Origin: an uncultured Verrucomicrobiae bacterium
GTDB lineage: Bacteria; Verrucomicrobiota; Verrucomicrobiia; Opitutales; JABDGR01
Direction of reading: 5' to 3'
DNA: 64,000 nt
NCBI GenBank assembly: GCA_963765205.1
Contig: CAVXVB010000009.1
Location: 1,120,001-1,184,000 of the forward strand
The notes beneath the pieces were generated by a model, which had not been told where the DNA came from, did not search any database, and worked only from the letters and a program-made list of their open reading frames with translations. Both the position numbers and the translations under genes were made by a program. Below are positions 31,832 through 42,765 of the stretch, one piece after another (the first letter of the stretch is position 1; the number at the start of each line of letters is the position of its first letter).

Positions 31832-33028
31832 TTAACCCGCGCGGGCGAAAGACTCAATCGCCGCGGCGACTTCGGCGCGCTCGGCGGCCGTGAGTTCGGG
31901 GAAAATGGGGATGCTCAAAACCTCGCCGGCCAAGAGGTGCGAGCGCATGCAGTTTTCGCCGCCGCGGCCGACGTTCTGGAAACATGGCTGCCGGTCGAGC
32001 GGCACCGGATAATAGATGTCCGAGCCGATTTTACGTTCCGACAAATAGGCGACGAGGGCGTCGCGCCGGCCGGGGTCGTGGACGCGCAGGGTGTATTGGT
32101 TCCAGATGTGGTCGTTGCCAGGATTAGCGGCGGGCAGCGTGATTTTGGGCGCAGGACTCGCTGGAGCCGTGGTGGCGTGCGCGGGGTGCAGGTGGCAATC
32201 CTCCGGGCGGGCGACAGCGATGCCGGGCACCCGCGCGAGCTGCTCAGTATACCACGCGGCGTTGGCCTGGCGGGCCTGGGTGTAGCCGGCATAATGCGGC
32301 AGCTTGGCACGCAGCAACGCGGCCTGGAGGGCATCGAGACGGAAATTGCCGCCGATGAAGGGATGATGATACTTGGGCTTCATCCCGTGCAGCCGCAGCA
32401 CGGTTGCGCGCTCGGCAAAATCAACGTCGTGGGTGCAGAGCAAACCGGCGTCGCCCAGCGCGCCGAGATTCTTCGACGGGTAAAAACTATACGCGCCGCA
32501 AGTGCCAAGCGTGCCGGCCTGGCGGCCCTGATATTTCGCCCCGAAGGATTGCGCGGCGTCTTCGATAACGGCGAGTTTGTGCGCCCGCGCCAGCGCCAGC
32601 ACGCCGTCCATATCCGCCGTCTGGCCATAAAGGTGCACGGGAATGATGGCCTTGGTGCGCGCGGTGGCTTTTTTCGCGGCGTCGGCCACGTCAAGGTTGA
32701 AGCAAGCCGGGCACACGTCCACAAACACCGGCGTGGCGCCCACGCGCGCGACACACCCGGCGGTGGCAAAGAAAGTGAAATTGGGCACCAACACCTCGTC
32801 GCCCGGCCCGATGTTGAGGGCCATGAGGGCGAGCAGCAATGCGTCCGTCCCCGAGGAAACGCCCAGCGCATGGGGCACGCCGAGGAACTGGGCGCACTCG
32901 CGCTCGAACGCGGCGTGCTCGGGGCCGAAAATATAATAGCCGGAATACAGCACGCGCTCGAAGGCGGCCTTCAAGTCGGCTTCGAGGGCGAGGTTCTGGC
33001 GTTTCAAATCCAACAGGGGAACAGGCAT
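31832..33028 (-). CDS. DegT/DnrJ/EryC1/StrS aminotransferase
   Basis: SSGTDAL, VHLYGQ, EDAAQS and SFYPSKNLG. Confidence 0.95.
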   Translation of the reverse strand: MPVPLLDLKRQNLALEADLKAAFERVLYSGYYIFGPEHAAFERECAQFLGVPHALGVSSGTDALLLALMALNIGPGDEVLVPNFTFFATAGCVARVGATPVFVDVCPACFNLDVADAAKKATARTKAIIPVHLYGQTADMDGVLALARAHKLAVIEDAAQSFGAKYQGRQAGTLGTCGAYSFYPSKNLGALGDAGLLCTHDVDFAERATVLRLHGMKPKYHHPFIGGNFRLDALQAALLRAKLPHYAGYTQARQANAAWYTEQLARVPGIAVARPEDCHLHPAHATTAPASPAPKITLPAANPGNDHIWNQYTLRVHDPGRRDALVAYLSERKIGSDIYYPVPLDRQPCFQNVGRGGENCMRSHLLAGEVLSIPIFPELTAAERAEVAAAIESFARAG

Positions 33029-33304
33029 GGCTTAACGAAGAACATCCGCAGGCTCCGTGGCAAATGGATTTATTACTTGCATGCCGTGGTTCTCGCCGTT
33101 GGGCGACGCAGCCAGTCAGTAAAGATTCGGGCATTTTACGGGTTTGCAGTATAAAAGAAGAACTTTGCGGTCATCAAGGCAACCGCCCCACGAATGGTCG
33201 TCACCTTCTCCAAAACATTGGATAACATCCGGCGAATAAATGCCACTTGCCTTGCTCCCGGAAGCCAGATAGGCACAGCTTCTGCCGCTCATCACCCATT
33301 CCCC

Positions 33305-34135
33305 ATGGCCAATTATTTTTTCCTCGGCGCCGACGGCAAAGAATACGGCCCCGTAAGCGCGGAGCAAATCTGCCAATGGCGGGCCGACAACCGCGCCAAC
33401 GCCCAATCCCAGGTCCGCTCCACTGAGGGTGGCGGTTATGTGCCGCTCGGCACCGTGCCTGAGCTGATTGAGGGCGGAACTTTGCCGCCGACCCCGGCGC
33501 CCACGTCGGCCTACGCGCCCACGCCGGCGTCCGGAGGCGAGCAGGAAACCATCAAATCCCTGACCACGACTTTGGCCTCGTCCAGCGGCTGGATGAAACT
33601 TCTCGCCGTTATGATGTATATTGTGGGCGGTCTTTACGTGCTGAGCATCTGGGGCATCCTCATCGCGTGGGCGCCCATCTGGCTAGGTGTCATCGTGTGG
33701 CGGGCGGCCGTCAAGGCGGACGCCGCGCGCGCCAGCGGCCGCAAGGAGGATTTGAACGGCGCCCTTGATGGCGTGCGCTTTTATTACAAATTGATGGGCA
33801 TTTTGAGCATTGTTGGCCTGGTCTTCATTCCGGTCGTCATCGGCCTGCTGGCGGCGATGGCGATTCCCGCATTCGCCAAAGTTCGCCAGCAGTCCCGCAT
33901 CAAGGTCATCTCGAACAATTTGCGCCAATTCGCCAGCGCCTCCCAAGGGTATATGTTGCAGCATGGCGCCACACAGGCCTCCTACACCGACATCGTCGGC
34001 ACCGGAACGGACAAACTCATTCGCAATCTCGCACCCGTCGTGGACGAAAATTACACGACCCTGCACCTGACGAAGGATGCCACGCAAATCTCGCTCACCA
34101 GCGCCGTCGTCGGCAACGTCACTTACAACCTCTGA
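33305..34135 (+). CDS. GYF_2 (DUF4339) + DUF5362-like TM + pilin-like C-terminal domain protein
   Basis: GADGKEYGPVS; GWMKLLAV...WAPIWLG; IGLLAAMAIPAFAKVR...NNLRQ. Confidence 0.75.
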   Translation: MANYFFLGADGKEYGPVSAEQICQWRADNRANAQSQVRSTEGGGYVPLGTVPELIEGGTLPPTPAPTSAYAPTPASGGEQETIKSLTTTLASSSGWMKLLAVMMYIVGGLYVLSIWGILIAWAPIWLGVIVWRAAVKADAARASGRKEDLNGALDGVRFYYKLMGILSIVGLVFIPVVIGLLAAMAIPAFAKVRQQSRIKVISNNLRQFASASQGYMLQHGATQASYTDIVGTGTDKLIRNLAPVVDENYTTLHLTKDATQISLTSAVVGNVTYNL

Positions 34136-34198
34136 CGGGGAGCTGGCGGCAGCCGCCCGCTCTTTGAAACTATAATCAAGAGTCTGCCACCGCCAGAT

Positions 34199-36082
34199 TC
34201 ATGAACTGACTTCCGCCCCGGTCTGGGCGGCGTCCGCCGCCGCTTTGTCTCTGACGTTTTGGAGGCGCTGGCGCTTGAAGCCGGCGATCTTTTCCTTGCG
34301 CGCGGCTTCGGCCTGGGCCTTGACCTCGGCTTCGATGGCGAATTCCTCGCGGATGGCGTCGAGGTCTTCCATGTCCGGCGGCACGTTGGCAATCGCCTCG
34401 GCCATGGTGGAGAGGCCGGCGCGGACTTTTTTCATGCTGTCCTGGTGGAGGGTGGACATGCCGTTGAGCATCGCGACGCGCTTGAGCAGGGCGGTCTCGG
34501 ATTCCTTGTTGATGGCCTCGATGAGGCCTTCGCTGGTGGCCATCAATTCGTGGATGCCGACGCGGCCTTTGTAGCCGCTGCGCCCGCAGGCCGGGCAGCC
34601 TTCGGGATTGGCGCGGAAAATCGGCCCCTGCCACTGCAGCGCTTTTTGCAAAATCTCCGCCTCGCGGCCCGTGGGTTCATACGATTGCTTGCAGGCCTTG
34701 CATACCCGGCGCATCAGGCGTTGCGCGCACACGCACACGATGGCCGCCGAGACCATGAACGGCTCGACTTTCATTTCCGTGAGGCGCGCCACCGTCGAGG
34801 GCGCGTCGTTGGTGTGCAGGGTCGAAAAAAGCATGTGGCCGGTGAGGGCGGCCTCGACGGCAATGCCGGCGGTTTCGTGGTCGCGAATTTCGCCGACGAG
34901 GATGATGTCCGGGTCCTGGCGCAAAAACGCGCGCAGCGCGGCGGCGAAGGTCAGGCCGATTTTGCGGTGCATTTGCATCTGGCAGATGCCGGGCAGCGTA
35001 TATTCAATCGGGTCCTCGGCCGTGCGGATGACGATGTCCGGCGCGTTGATTTCATTGAGCGCGGAATAGAGCGTCATGGACTTGCCCGAGCCAGTTGGCC
35101 CGCAATGGAGCACCATGCCGAAGGGCCGCTGGATGAGACCGCGGTAAAGCGCGAGGTTTTCCGGCTCGAAGCCCAGCGCCGGCAGCGGCAGCGTGGACTT
35201 CTGCTTGTCGAGGATGCGCATGACTACGCCTTCGCCATAGTTGAGCGGCGCGGTCGAGACACGCAGGTCAATGTCGAGATTCTTGCGGGTGAATTGCTTG
35301 AAGACGATGCGGCCATCCTGCGGCAGGCGCTTTTCCGCGATGTCCAGGTTGGCCATGACCTTGAGCCGCGCGATGAGTGCGCCGGAAACCTTGGCGGGAA
35401 CAGTGAGTTTTTCGTGGCAGTTGCCGTCAATGCGCACGCGCACGCGCGTGGTTTTCTCGGACGGCTCAATGTGGATGTCGCTGCCGCCGGAATAAAAGGC
35501 GTCCTCGATGATGCGGTTGACCAACGTGATGACCGGGGCGGACTCCTCGTCCTCGAGCGCACCCTCGCTGATCTCGGCCTCGTCGAATTCCGACTCCATG
35601 CCGAGCGCCTGGAACACGTCGCCAAAGCCGACGGAGGTGGCCTGCTCCTTTTTGTCTTCGAGCAATTCGAGCAGCTCCGCCTCGGGCGCGAGCAGGAGGG
35701 AAACTTTCTGCTTCGTGATTTCGGCGATTTTGCGCGTGACCTGGAGGTTGAAGGGGTTGGCCAGCGCGACGATGATGAACGGGCCGGCCGAGCCAACGGG
35801 CAGTACTTTGTGCTCGCGGCAGAAATCGCGGTCCAGTTTTTGGAAGGTCAGTTCGTCCACCTGAAAATTACGCACGGGAAACGGGCTGAGGCCGAAGGCG
35901 CGGCTGCGGGCCGTCAGCAGCGCAAAATCGGAAACCTTGAATTCGGACTGGAGCAATTTGCCGAGGCTCTCGCCGGAAATGTCCTCCTGGGAATCGAGCA
36001 ACGCGGCGGCCTGCGTCTCGGTCAATTTACCGAGAGTCTTGAGGCCGGTCACGACGGCCGCCTGGATGCGGGCGAGGGGCAT
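34199..36082 (-). CDS. PilB/GspE family secretion ATPase
   Basis: [45 protein letters not shown] and a tetra-Cys motif. Confidence 0.95.
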   Translation of the reverse strand: MPLARIQAAVVTGLKTLGKLTETQAAALLDSQEDISGESLGKLLQSEFKVSDFALLTARSRAFGLSPFPVRNFQVDELTFQKLDRDFCREHKVLPVGSAGPFIIVALANPFNLQVTRKIAEITKQKVSLLLAPEAELLELLEDKKEQATSVGFGDVFQALGMESEFDEAEISEGALEDEESAPVITLVNRIIEDAFYSGGSDIHIEPSEKTTRVRVRIDGNCHEKLTVPAKVSGALIARLKVMANLDIAEKRLPQDGRIVFKQFTRKNLDIDLRVSTAPLNYGEGVVMRILDKQKSTLPLPALGFEPENLALYRGLIQRPFGMVLHCGPTGSGKSMTLYSALNEINAPDIVIRTAEDPIEYTLPGICQMQMHRKIGLTFAAALRAFLRQDPDIILVGEIRDHETAGIAVEAALTGHMLFSTLHTNDAPSTVARLTEMKVEPFMVSAAIVCVCAQRLMRRVCKACKQSYEPTGREAEILQKALQWQGPIFRANPEGCPACGRSGYKGRVGIHELMATSEGLIEAINKESETALLKRVAMLNGMSTLHQDSMKKVRAGLSTMAEAIANVPPDMEDLDAIREEFAIEAEVKAQAEAARKEKIAGFKRQRLQNVRDKAAADAAQTGAEVSS

Positions 36083-36200
36083 GGGGAGGGGGGGAGAATT
36101 AGAAATGCTGAGTGCTGATTGCTGAATTCTGAAGGAAGACCGCGCCCTGCGCAAGGATGAGTAGCATGGGGGTTTGGGGGGCCGTTGTGAAACTATCTTT

Positions 36201-36295
36201 CACCGCTGAGGCGCAAAGAACACCAGGAATAAATTCTGCCCATTCTGTCAATTCGGACAAAAAAGCTCCTTTGCGTTCTTTGCGTCTTGGCGGTG
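36201..36295. repeat. Imperfect palindrome of the CACCGC...AAGACGC family
   Basis: caccgctgaggcgcaaagaac pairs with gttctttgcgtcttggcggtg. Confidence 0.6.
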
Positions 36296-36344
36296 CCTTG
36301 GCTTGGGCTTTAAACACAACCCGCCATCTGACTTTCGACTGACC

Positions 36345-37676
36345 TCACCGGCCCGGCACCAATTCCGGATACAACAACCCCAATTCGTCGAGCTTGCCGG
36401 AGGCGGGCAGCCGGGCGGGGTCGAGCTTGAGGCTTTGCAACACGTTCGCGGTTTCGGCACCAAGGCGGCGGGCGGCATCTTCGATAAATTCACGCTGGCG
36501 GTGCAGCAAATACGCGCCGAGGCCGGCGGGCGCGGGGGCGTCATAGCCGAGGATTTGGGCGGCCTGCAGCGCAGACAGGGGTTCGTCGCGCTCGGTGGCG
36601 GCAATGCGGCGCGCCACGTCCACCACTTCGGTGTAATTGCCGGGCCACGAATGGCCGAGCAGCACGGCGACGGCGGCGGGGGAGAGGCGGGCGCGCATCG
36701 GGTTTTCCTCGCGGCCGGCAAAGATGGCGAGGTGCTGTTTCAGGTAGGTGGCGAGGTCGGTCAGCCGATCGCGCAACGGGGGCAGGACGACAAGGTGCTT
36801 TTTGACGAGGTTGAAAATCTCGGGGCTGGTCTCAGGCAGCAGTTGCGGGTAGCGCGTGATGTCGAGAAAGAAGACCCAGGACACTTCGCGCCCGGCGGGC
36901 AGAAACTTCGGGTCCGCCGCCAGCAATTTTTGCAGCAGGTCCACCTGGCTGCGCGTGGCTTCGCCAAAATCCGTGACCGCCACGAGTTTGCTGACCTGGC
37001 TCTGGCCGGGCAGCTCGCGGATGGTTTGCAGGACTTCGAGCGATTCGATCTGCCCGATGGAAAATTGATGAATGGGCAGGTTGGCAAAGCCAAACCAGTC
37101 GGAAAGCTCGCAGGTGATCAGTTCGAGTTCCGCGCCGGGCGGCGCGCCGACAAAGAGATAGCGGTCCATGCGCGTCGCGTCCCACAATTGTTTGGCAAAG
37201 CGTTGCGAGGCGTCCGTGCCGTCGGCCAGATGTTTGAGCGGGGGATGGGTGGACGGAGCGCTCTCGGCGGCCTGGTCGAGCGCGGCTTGGGCATGGGAGC
37301 GTTCCTCGTCGCTCATGGGTTGTACGAAACGGCGGACGTGGTTGATGAAAACCTTGATGTCGAGCGGTTTTTCCAGCACGAGAGTTACGTCCATGTTGGC
37401 GACTTTGACCAACTCGGGCGTGTTCATCAGACCGGAGACCATGATGATGGGGAGGTTGGGCAGGCGCGAGCGGGCGCGTTCCATGAAGTCCGCGCCGTCC
37501 ATGACCGGCATTTTATAATCGGCCACCACGAGGCCATATTCCTCGGAGTCGAGGGCCTTCAGCGCGTCGAGGGGGCGCGTCACCATTTCAGCGCAAAAGC
37601 CCTCCTGCACGAGCAGGTCGCGCAGCATTTCGGCGTAATTTTGTTCGTCGTCGAGGACCAGGATTTTTCCAGACAT
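36345..37676 (-). CDS. Response regulator with degenerate NtrC-like AAA+ domain
   Basis: REC domain (LDDE, DYKMP, KP); LPPLRDR and SWPGN retained, but no Walker A or GAFTGA. Confidence 0.85.
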   Translation of the reverse strand: MSGKILVLDDEQNYAEMLRDLLVQEGFCAEMVTRPLDALKALDSEEYGLVVADYKMPVMDGADFMERARSRLPNLPIIMVSGLMNTPELVKVANMDVTLVLEKPLDIKVFINHVRRFVQPMSDEERSHAQAALDQAAESAPSTHPPLKHLADGTDASQRFAKQLWDATRMDRYLFVGAPPGAELELITCELSDWFGFANLPIHQFSIGQIESLEVLQTIRELPGQSQVSKLVAVTDFGEATRSQVDLLQKLLAADPKFLPAGREVSWVFFLDITRYPQLLPETSPEIFNLVKKHLVVLPPLRDRLTDLATYLKQHLAIFAGREENPMRARLSPAAVAVLLGHSWPGNYTEVVDVARRIAATERDEPLSALQAAQILGYDAPAPAGLGAYLLHRQREFIEDAARRLGAETANVLQSLKLDPARLPASGKLDELGLLYPELVPGR

Positions 37677-37859
37677 GGAGGGTCTTTTTTATACGGGAGT
37701 TTGAATTCTACTCAGAGAAGCGGCGGCAAAGCAACTCTGTCCCGCAAAATCTTTCACCCACCAGAACACAGGGGAAGGCCCGGTGAGTTTGAGCAACTTC
37801 GTTAAAAAATTGTAATCCGCTTGCCTTGGGCACGGTCGGCGCGGCAATCTTCCGGCATC

Positions 37860-39068
37860 ATGTTTGACGCCGCGCGCTGTGGGCTGTTGCTGGCCGGATT
37901 GCTGCTGGCCGGTTGCGCCACGCCCGCCCCGCCGAGCACCGGCGTGGCCCGGCTTGCTCCTTTCCAAGGCGCGCTCACCCCCGACGAATGGCGCGCGGCG
38001 CTAAACGGGCGCTTTGCCCCCAACGGCGCCGCCCAGAACTATCTTGAAATCACTCCCGACGGCCACGCTCTCGCCGTGCGGATGGATGCGGATAAATCAC
38101 CGTCATTCTTTTATTTGCAGACGCGCGCGCCGGACGCCCCCCGCCCCACCCCGCCGTCCGGCGCGCGCTATTGGCGCCCGCTCAGTGAATTGGGACCGGC
38201 GACACCCGACCACCCGCTGGCCGGCTTGCGCGTGGCGCTCGACCCGGGCCATCTGGGCGGAGCGTGGGGCCCGATGGAAGCGCGCTCGTTCAGTTTTAAC
38301 GGCGACCCGCCCGTGCAGGAAGGCGACCTCGCCCTGCGCGTGGCCCAATTGCTCAAGCCGCGCCTGGAAGCCCTCGGCGCGCAAGTGACCATGGTGCGCG
38401 ACCGCCCCGGCCCGCTCACCGGCGAGAAAATCGAGGATGTCCACCCCGCCAACTGGGCCGCCATGGAGGCCTTCCTCAACCGCGAAATCCACGCGCGCGC
38501 CCAGCGCGTCAACGAAGTCCTCCAACCCGACCTCGTGATCTGCCTGCATCTGGACGCCGTGGACTGGCCTGATCCGCAACACCCCGCCCTGGTGGACCGG
38601 CCGCAGCATTTTCATATCATGGTCAACGGCTCCTATGAACCCGCCGAGGTGGCTAATGAAGAACAGCGGCTCGCCATGGTCGAGCGCATCGCCAGCGGCG
38701 CGGGCGACGAGGAATTGGCCGTGGCCCGCGCGATGGCCGCGGGCGCCGTCCCCATTTTCGGGCAGCCCGCCTCGGGTTATTCTAGCCCCGTCGGCATCGC
38801 GCTCGGCGGCAGCGGCTACGTCTGGGGCCGCAATGTGCTGGCCGACCGGCTCTACCGCTGCCCGGTGATTTTCCTTGAACCCTATGTCGCCAACAGCCTC
38901 GAAGGCTACGCGCGTATCCAGGCCGGTGAATACGCCGGCACGCGGGTCTTCAACGGCGTGGCGCGCAAAAACATCTTCGTGGAATACGGCGACGCCGTCG
39001 TCGCGGGCCTGGTCAAGTATTACGGGGAACGTCCGCCCGGTGCCAGCCCGGCGGCCGGCCATGGATAG
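37860..39068 (+). CDS. N-acetylmuramoyl-L-alanine amidase-like (Amidase_3) lipoprotein
   Basis: LAGC lipobox; LDPGHLGG, EGDLAL, LHLDA and FLEP. Confidence 0.75.
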   Translation: MFDAARCGLLLAGLLLAGCATPAPPSTGVARLAPFQGALTPDEWRAALNGRFAPNGAAQNYLEITPDGHALAVRMDADKSPSFFYLQTRAPDAPRPTPPSGARYWRPLSELGPATPDHPLAGLRVALDPGHLGGAWGPMEARSFSFNGDPPVQEGDLALRVAQLLKPRLEALGAQVTMVRDRPGPLTGEKIEDVHPANWAAMEAFLNREIHARAQRVNEVLQPDLVICLHLDAVDWPDPQHPALVDRPQHFHIMVNGSYEPAEVANEEQRLAMVERIASGAGDEELAVARAMAAGAVPIFGQPASGYSSPVGIALGGSGYVWGRNVLADRLYRCPVIFLEPYVANSLEGYARIQAGEYAGTRVFNGVARKNIFVEYGDAVVAGLVKYYGERPPGASPAAGHG

Positions 39069-39108
39069 ACTCTTGACTTTAGCCGCCTGAGTGTGTGTTT
39101 TTCCCGGG

Positions 39109-39561
39109 ATGAATATGCGCACCGCGTTTCGCCCTGCCCTGCTTTTGCTCACCCTCGCCCTCGCCGGCTGCTCGACCGAAATTGCGGTCAGCCCGCAGGG
39201 CAGCAATATCGCCACGTTCAAAAAGGACGTTTTCACCGGCGGCCTGACCATGACCGGCGACGTCAAGGGCAGCATCCCGGACGCCTTCCAGGCCGGCATC
39301 CGCTCGCTCGGCGACCTCAACTATTTCCACACCGGTGACTCCACCGACAAAACGATTGTTTACGGACGCGGCGTGCTCGACGTGTATGTGGAAATCGACC
39401 TCTCGCCGTCGAAGGACGCCGGCATGACCACCGTCGCCGTTTACGTCAGCCCCGGTAAACTGCCCGACGCCCAAGCCATTTTCGCCAGCATCGTCAATGA
39501 ATTGAACACGCCCGCCCCGTCGCCCGCAGCCAATGGTCGCAGCCGCCGTGGGGGCGGTTGA
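39109..39561 (+). CDS. Hypothetical lipoprotein
   Basis: LAGC lipobox; host-like codon usage. Confidence 0.7.
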   Translation: MNMRTAFRPALLLLTLALAGCSTEIAVSPQGSNIATFKKDVFTGGLTMTGDVKGSIPDAFQAGIRSLGDLNYFHTGDSTDKTIVYGRGVLDVYVEIDLSPSKDAGMTTVAVYVSPGKLPDAQAIFASIVNELNTPAPSPAANGRSRRGGG

Positions 39562-40241
39562 TTGTTCGAGGGACCCGGTCGGTAACTGCTTACCCACCAC
39601 CGCTTCGCGCATCGGGCGGGTGGCGACCGGGGGTAAGCTCGGGAACAGGCGCACCAAGCGAGGAGTCATCTGCGAGAATCTGCGCAATCTGCGGTTCCTT
39701 CCTCTTTCCAGCCCGAAACTCGAAACCCGAAACACTGCGTGGGATTTAACCCCCCACCCCCATGCCCCGGCAACCCCAAAAACGCGAATCTTCTTCAGTT
39801 ATAAAGCCCCAAGTTGCCACCCCCAGTCATCAATCCATTCTTTATCGCGACACACTCTCCCAGTCGGCATTCCCTGCCTGCTACCCGGCATTTTATGTCG
39901 AGAGAAAAAACAATTCGAGGGCGGGTTTATTCCTTAAGATATTTTCTGCCAAGGCGTTGGCAGTTTCCCCGAATTCCTGGCATGGGAAATGATGACTACA
40001 CAGCCACATGAATAAATTACCCGCAATTTTCAAGCCCGTTCGCGCTATTCTTGGGCTTGGTGGCGCTTTGTTTTAACGTGGGCACCGGCGCTGCGGCAGT
40101 TTTGCCAAATTTTGCATTCCGACGAGGGCATGTCACTTATAACTCAAAAAATAATAAATTTTGTAGCAAGAATATCAGTAATTCAGCACTCCATTCCACC
40201 CTTGCTGCCTTCCAACATTCTGCCAGAATTCCAACCGATCC

Positions 40242-41180
40242 ATGAACACCCCGGCAACAAAGCCCTTGGCAAATCGCCTCCCATCCTTTTGGGGGCTGGT
40301 GTCGCTCGGTCTCCCGATTAGCTATCTTGTTCTTGGGTATCTAGTTTGCTGTTTTGCGAAAAATAGCGATAACCCCGACATTAGTTCACTGTCTTTCATC
40401 ATTTTTATGTTTGCCCTAATGGGGGGCGGCCTCGTGGGACTTTTCGGAGCTGCGGCCGCGATTCGCGCGATTATGAAAAAGGAGAAATGGATTGCAATGC
40501 CTCTCGTTGGCCTGCTGCCGAACCTGGCATGGATCACCATTGGCTGTTGTGTTGGCTACTCGATATTGCCCAAGATTAGGCTAACGGAGGCAGCCCCGGA
40601 ACAGTTGGCGCCAACGCCGATGCTGGCTAAGGTTGATGCCGCACCCAAGGAGATAGCGCCGTCAATCATCGCCCAACCCATCGCTTCTCCCGCGCCGAAA
40701 CCCGACGCTGCGCCCGTCGCCGAAAGTCAACCCAAAGCCGACCCGCAGACCGACTTGAAAACCGTCATCCCGGACCTCGTGCGTTTAGTGCGGGCGGGCG
40801 ATAATCTGCGGATGGTGCAAACATACACACCGCCCGAAATTTGGGCCAAAATTGGCCCCGAGTATACCCAGCAATTTCAAAAAATAGTACAACCAAAGCT
40901 GGACGCGGCGAACCGAGATCCCGAAATGGAACGGCGATGGCGCATGATTAGCGAACCCGCAGCCGGATCTTATGAGGCCCTTGAAAAGCAGACCCCGACT
41001 TTTAATGCCAACGGCGACGAAGCCACTTACATCTTCACACTGCCGGAGGCGACCGATTTGGTCAATGGCACCTACACAGGCACGAGCACCGGCCCCAAGA
41101 TCCCCTTGGTCTTTGTTAAAATCAACGGTAAATGGTATTTTAAACAGCCCCCGGAAATTCCACAAGAGAGGCCTATGTAA
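40242..41180 (+). CDS. Hypothetical membrane protein
   Basis: Three N-terminal TMs, Pro/Ala linker, C-terminal FVKINGKWY. Confidence 0.65.
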   Translation: MNTPATKPLANRLPSFWGLVSLGLPISYLVLGYLVCCFAKNSDNPDISSLSFIIFMFALMGGGLVGLFGAAAAIRAIMKKEKWIAMPLVGLLPNLAWITIGCCVGYSILPKIRLTEAAPEQLAPTPMLAKVDAAPKEIAPSIIAQPIASPAPKPDAAPVAESQPKADPQTDLKTVIPDLVRLVRAGDNLRMVQTYTPPEIWAKIGPEYTQQFQKIVQPKLDAANRDPEMERRWRMISEPAAGSYEALEKQTPTFNANGDEATYIFTLPEATDLVNGTYTGTSTGPKIPLVFVKINGKWYFKQPPEIPQERPM

Positions 41181-41725
41181 TGCCCGTGATTTTTCAAATG
41201 AGCATGGTGGAAAACAAACTCAATTTTAAGGCCAGCTTTCTTTATTTGAAGCTGATCATTATTAAGTGTTCAATACTCGGTGGCGTAATGTTGTTTCCTT
41301 TGTTGCTCATAGGCTGCGTGCCAATACCGCAGCATGAAATGATAACCTCGACTGGTGGAGCAATAAGGATTCTTCCCAGTTATAGCGACGCGATAGTCGA
41401 TGTGCTCACAAATACGTCAGATCCGAGCCAGAAGCCAAACATCGACGTGGATCGTTCGTATGCGGTTTCACCTTCGGGTAAGCGGTATAGCTTCGGAGTT
41501 CAAAATAGTGAATTTTTTGATAACATGAATAAAAGCAGTCCTACACCTTGGATGCGAAAGCTGCTTTCTTTCCATGGTTCTTCTCGAAAAAATGACGATG
41601 GAAACGCGACTGGTAATTGGGAATTAAATCTTTACTTCACCGGCCCAACGTCTCTGCCACCCATTCATGCCGAATATCGCATGTGGACATTTTGGTGGTT
41701 CCCGCTTTTTGAGCGCCCGTTCTAA
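41180..41725 (+). CDS. Hypothetical AT-rich lipoprotein-like protein (start uncertain)
   Basis: LLIGC lipobox-like; 181-aa ORF. Confidence 0.55.
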   Translation: MPVIFQMSMVENKLNFKASFLYLKLIIIKCSILGGVMLFPLLLIGCVPIPQHEMITSTGGAIRILPSYSDAIVDVLTNTSDPSQKPNIDVDRSYAVSPSGKRYSFGVQNSEFFDNMNKSSPTPWMRKLLSFHGSSRKNDDGNATGNWELNLYFTGPTSLPPIHAEYRMWTFWWFPLFERPF

Positions 41726-41868
41726 GGCCCAGCAGGGGCCAAGCAGAAGGTTGCGCGCGGATATTAATCCCTTTGTCGCCTCAGCCCCCTCAGTCGCCAA
41801 CGCCTTCCGCAAACCGGCGTGTTCCTTTCCGTTTGACAGCCACCCACTTCTGCCCTAACGTTCGGGAT

Positions 41869-42756
41869 ATGAAGGTTATCCGTGCCAAGAGCGCCGGCTT
41901 TTGCTGGGGCGTCGAGCGTGCCATTGACATCGCGCGCGAGTTCGCCGTCAAGTCCCACCGCCAGGTTTACACCGACGGGCCGCTCATCCACAACCGCCAG
42001 ATGATGGAAAAGCTGCTGGCCGACGGCATCAACGAGGTCGGCGACTACCAAAGCCAGTCCGACATCGCCATCGCGGAGGATAAAAAGAAAAGCGCCGTGA
42101 TGGTCGTGCGCGCCCACGGCATTTCGCCCGAGCGCCGGGGCTATTTGAAAAACCTCGGCATGGAATTCAAGGATGCCACCTGCCCGGACGTGGGCATCAT
42201 CGCCGGCAAAATCCGCATCCACGCGAAAAAAGGCTACACCACCGTCATTTTCGGCGACCCGAAACACCCCGAGGTCATCGGCCTCATGGGCTACACCGAA
42301 GGCAGCGGCCACGTCATCAACAACCAGGCCGACATTGACGCGCTGCCCCCGCTCGGCGACAAAGTGTGCATGGTCACGCAGTCCACCATGTATACCGACG
42401 AATTTGAACGGCTCTCCCGCTACCTGAAATCAAAATATCCCGCCGCGCTGGTGTTCGACACGATTTGCGGCGCGACCAAGGAACGGCAGAGCGACGTGCT
42501 GGTGCTCGCGCAGGAAGGCGCGCAGGCCATCGTCGTCATCGGCGGCCGCCACTCGGCCAACACCGTCAAGCTCGCGGCCCTCGTCGAAAAACAAGGCCTG
42601 CCCTGCTTCCACGTCGAGACCGCCGCCGAGCTGGACCTCGAACAATTGCGCAAATACTCCGTCGTCGGCGTCACCGCCGGTGCCTCGACCCCCGGCTTCC
42701 TCATTGACGAAGTCTGCCAGCAACTCGAGGAACTCGGCGCCGCCGTCCCGGCGTGA
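41869..42756 (+). CDS. ispH: 4-hydroxy-3-methylbut-2-enyl diphosphate reductase
   Basis: GFCWGVERA, LIHN, RAHG, DATCP, HPEV, TICGAT and TAGASTP. Confidence 0.97.
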   Translation: MKVIRAKSAGFCWGVERAIDIAREFAVKSHRQVYTDGPLIHNRQMMEKLLADGINEVGDYQSQSDIAIAEDKKKSAVMVVRAHGISPERRGYLKNLGMEFKDATCPDVGIIAGKIRIHAKKGYTTVIFGDPKHPEVIGLMGYTEGSGHVINNQADIDALPPLGDKVCMVTQSTMYTDEFERLSRYLKSKYPAALVFDTICGATKERQSDVLVLAQEGAQAIVVIGGRHSANTVKLAALVEKQGLPCFHVETAAELDLEQLRKYSVVGVTAGASTPGFLIDEVCQQLEELGAAVPA

Positions 42757-42765
42757 GGGGGGTTA

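Noticed and set aside
39562..40241. ncRNA or small genes in the long intergenic gap
   Set aside because: Only short degenerate repeats (ATCTGCG x3, CGAAAC x3) and weak ORFs; no recognisable RNA family.
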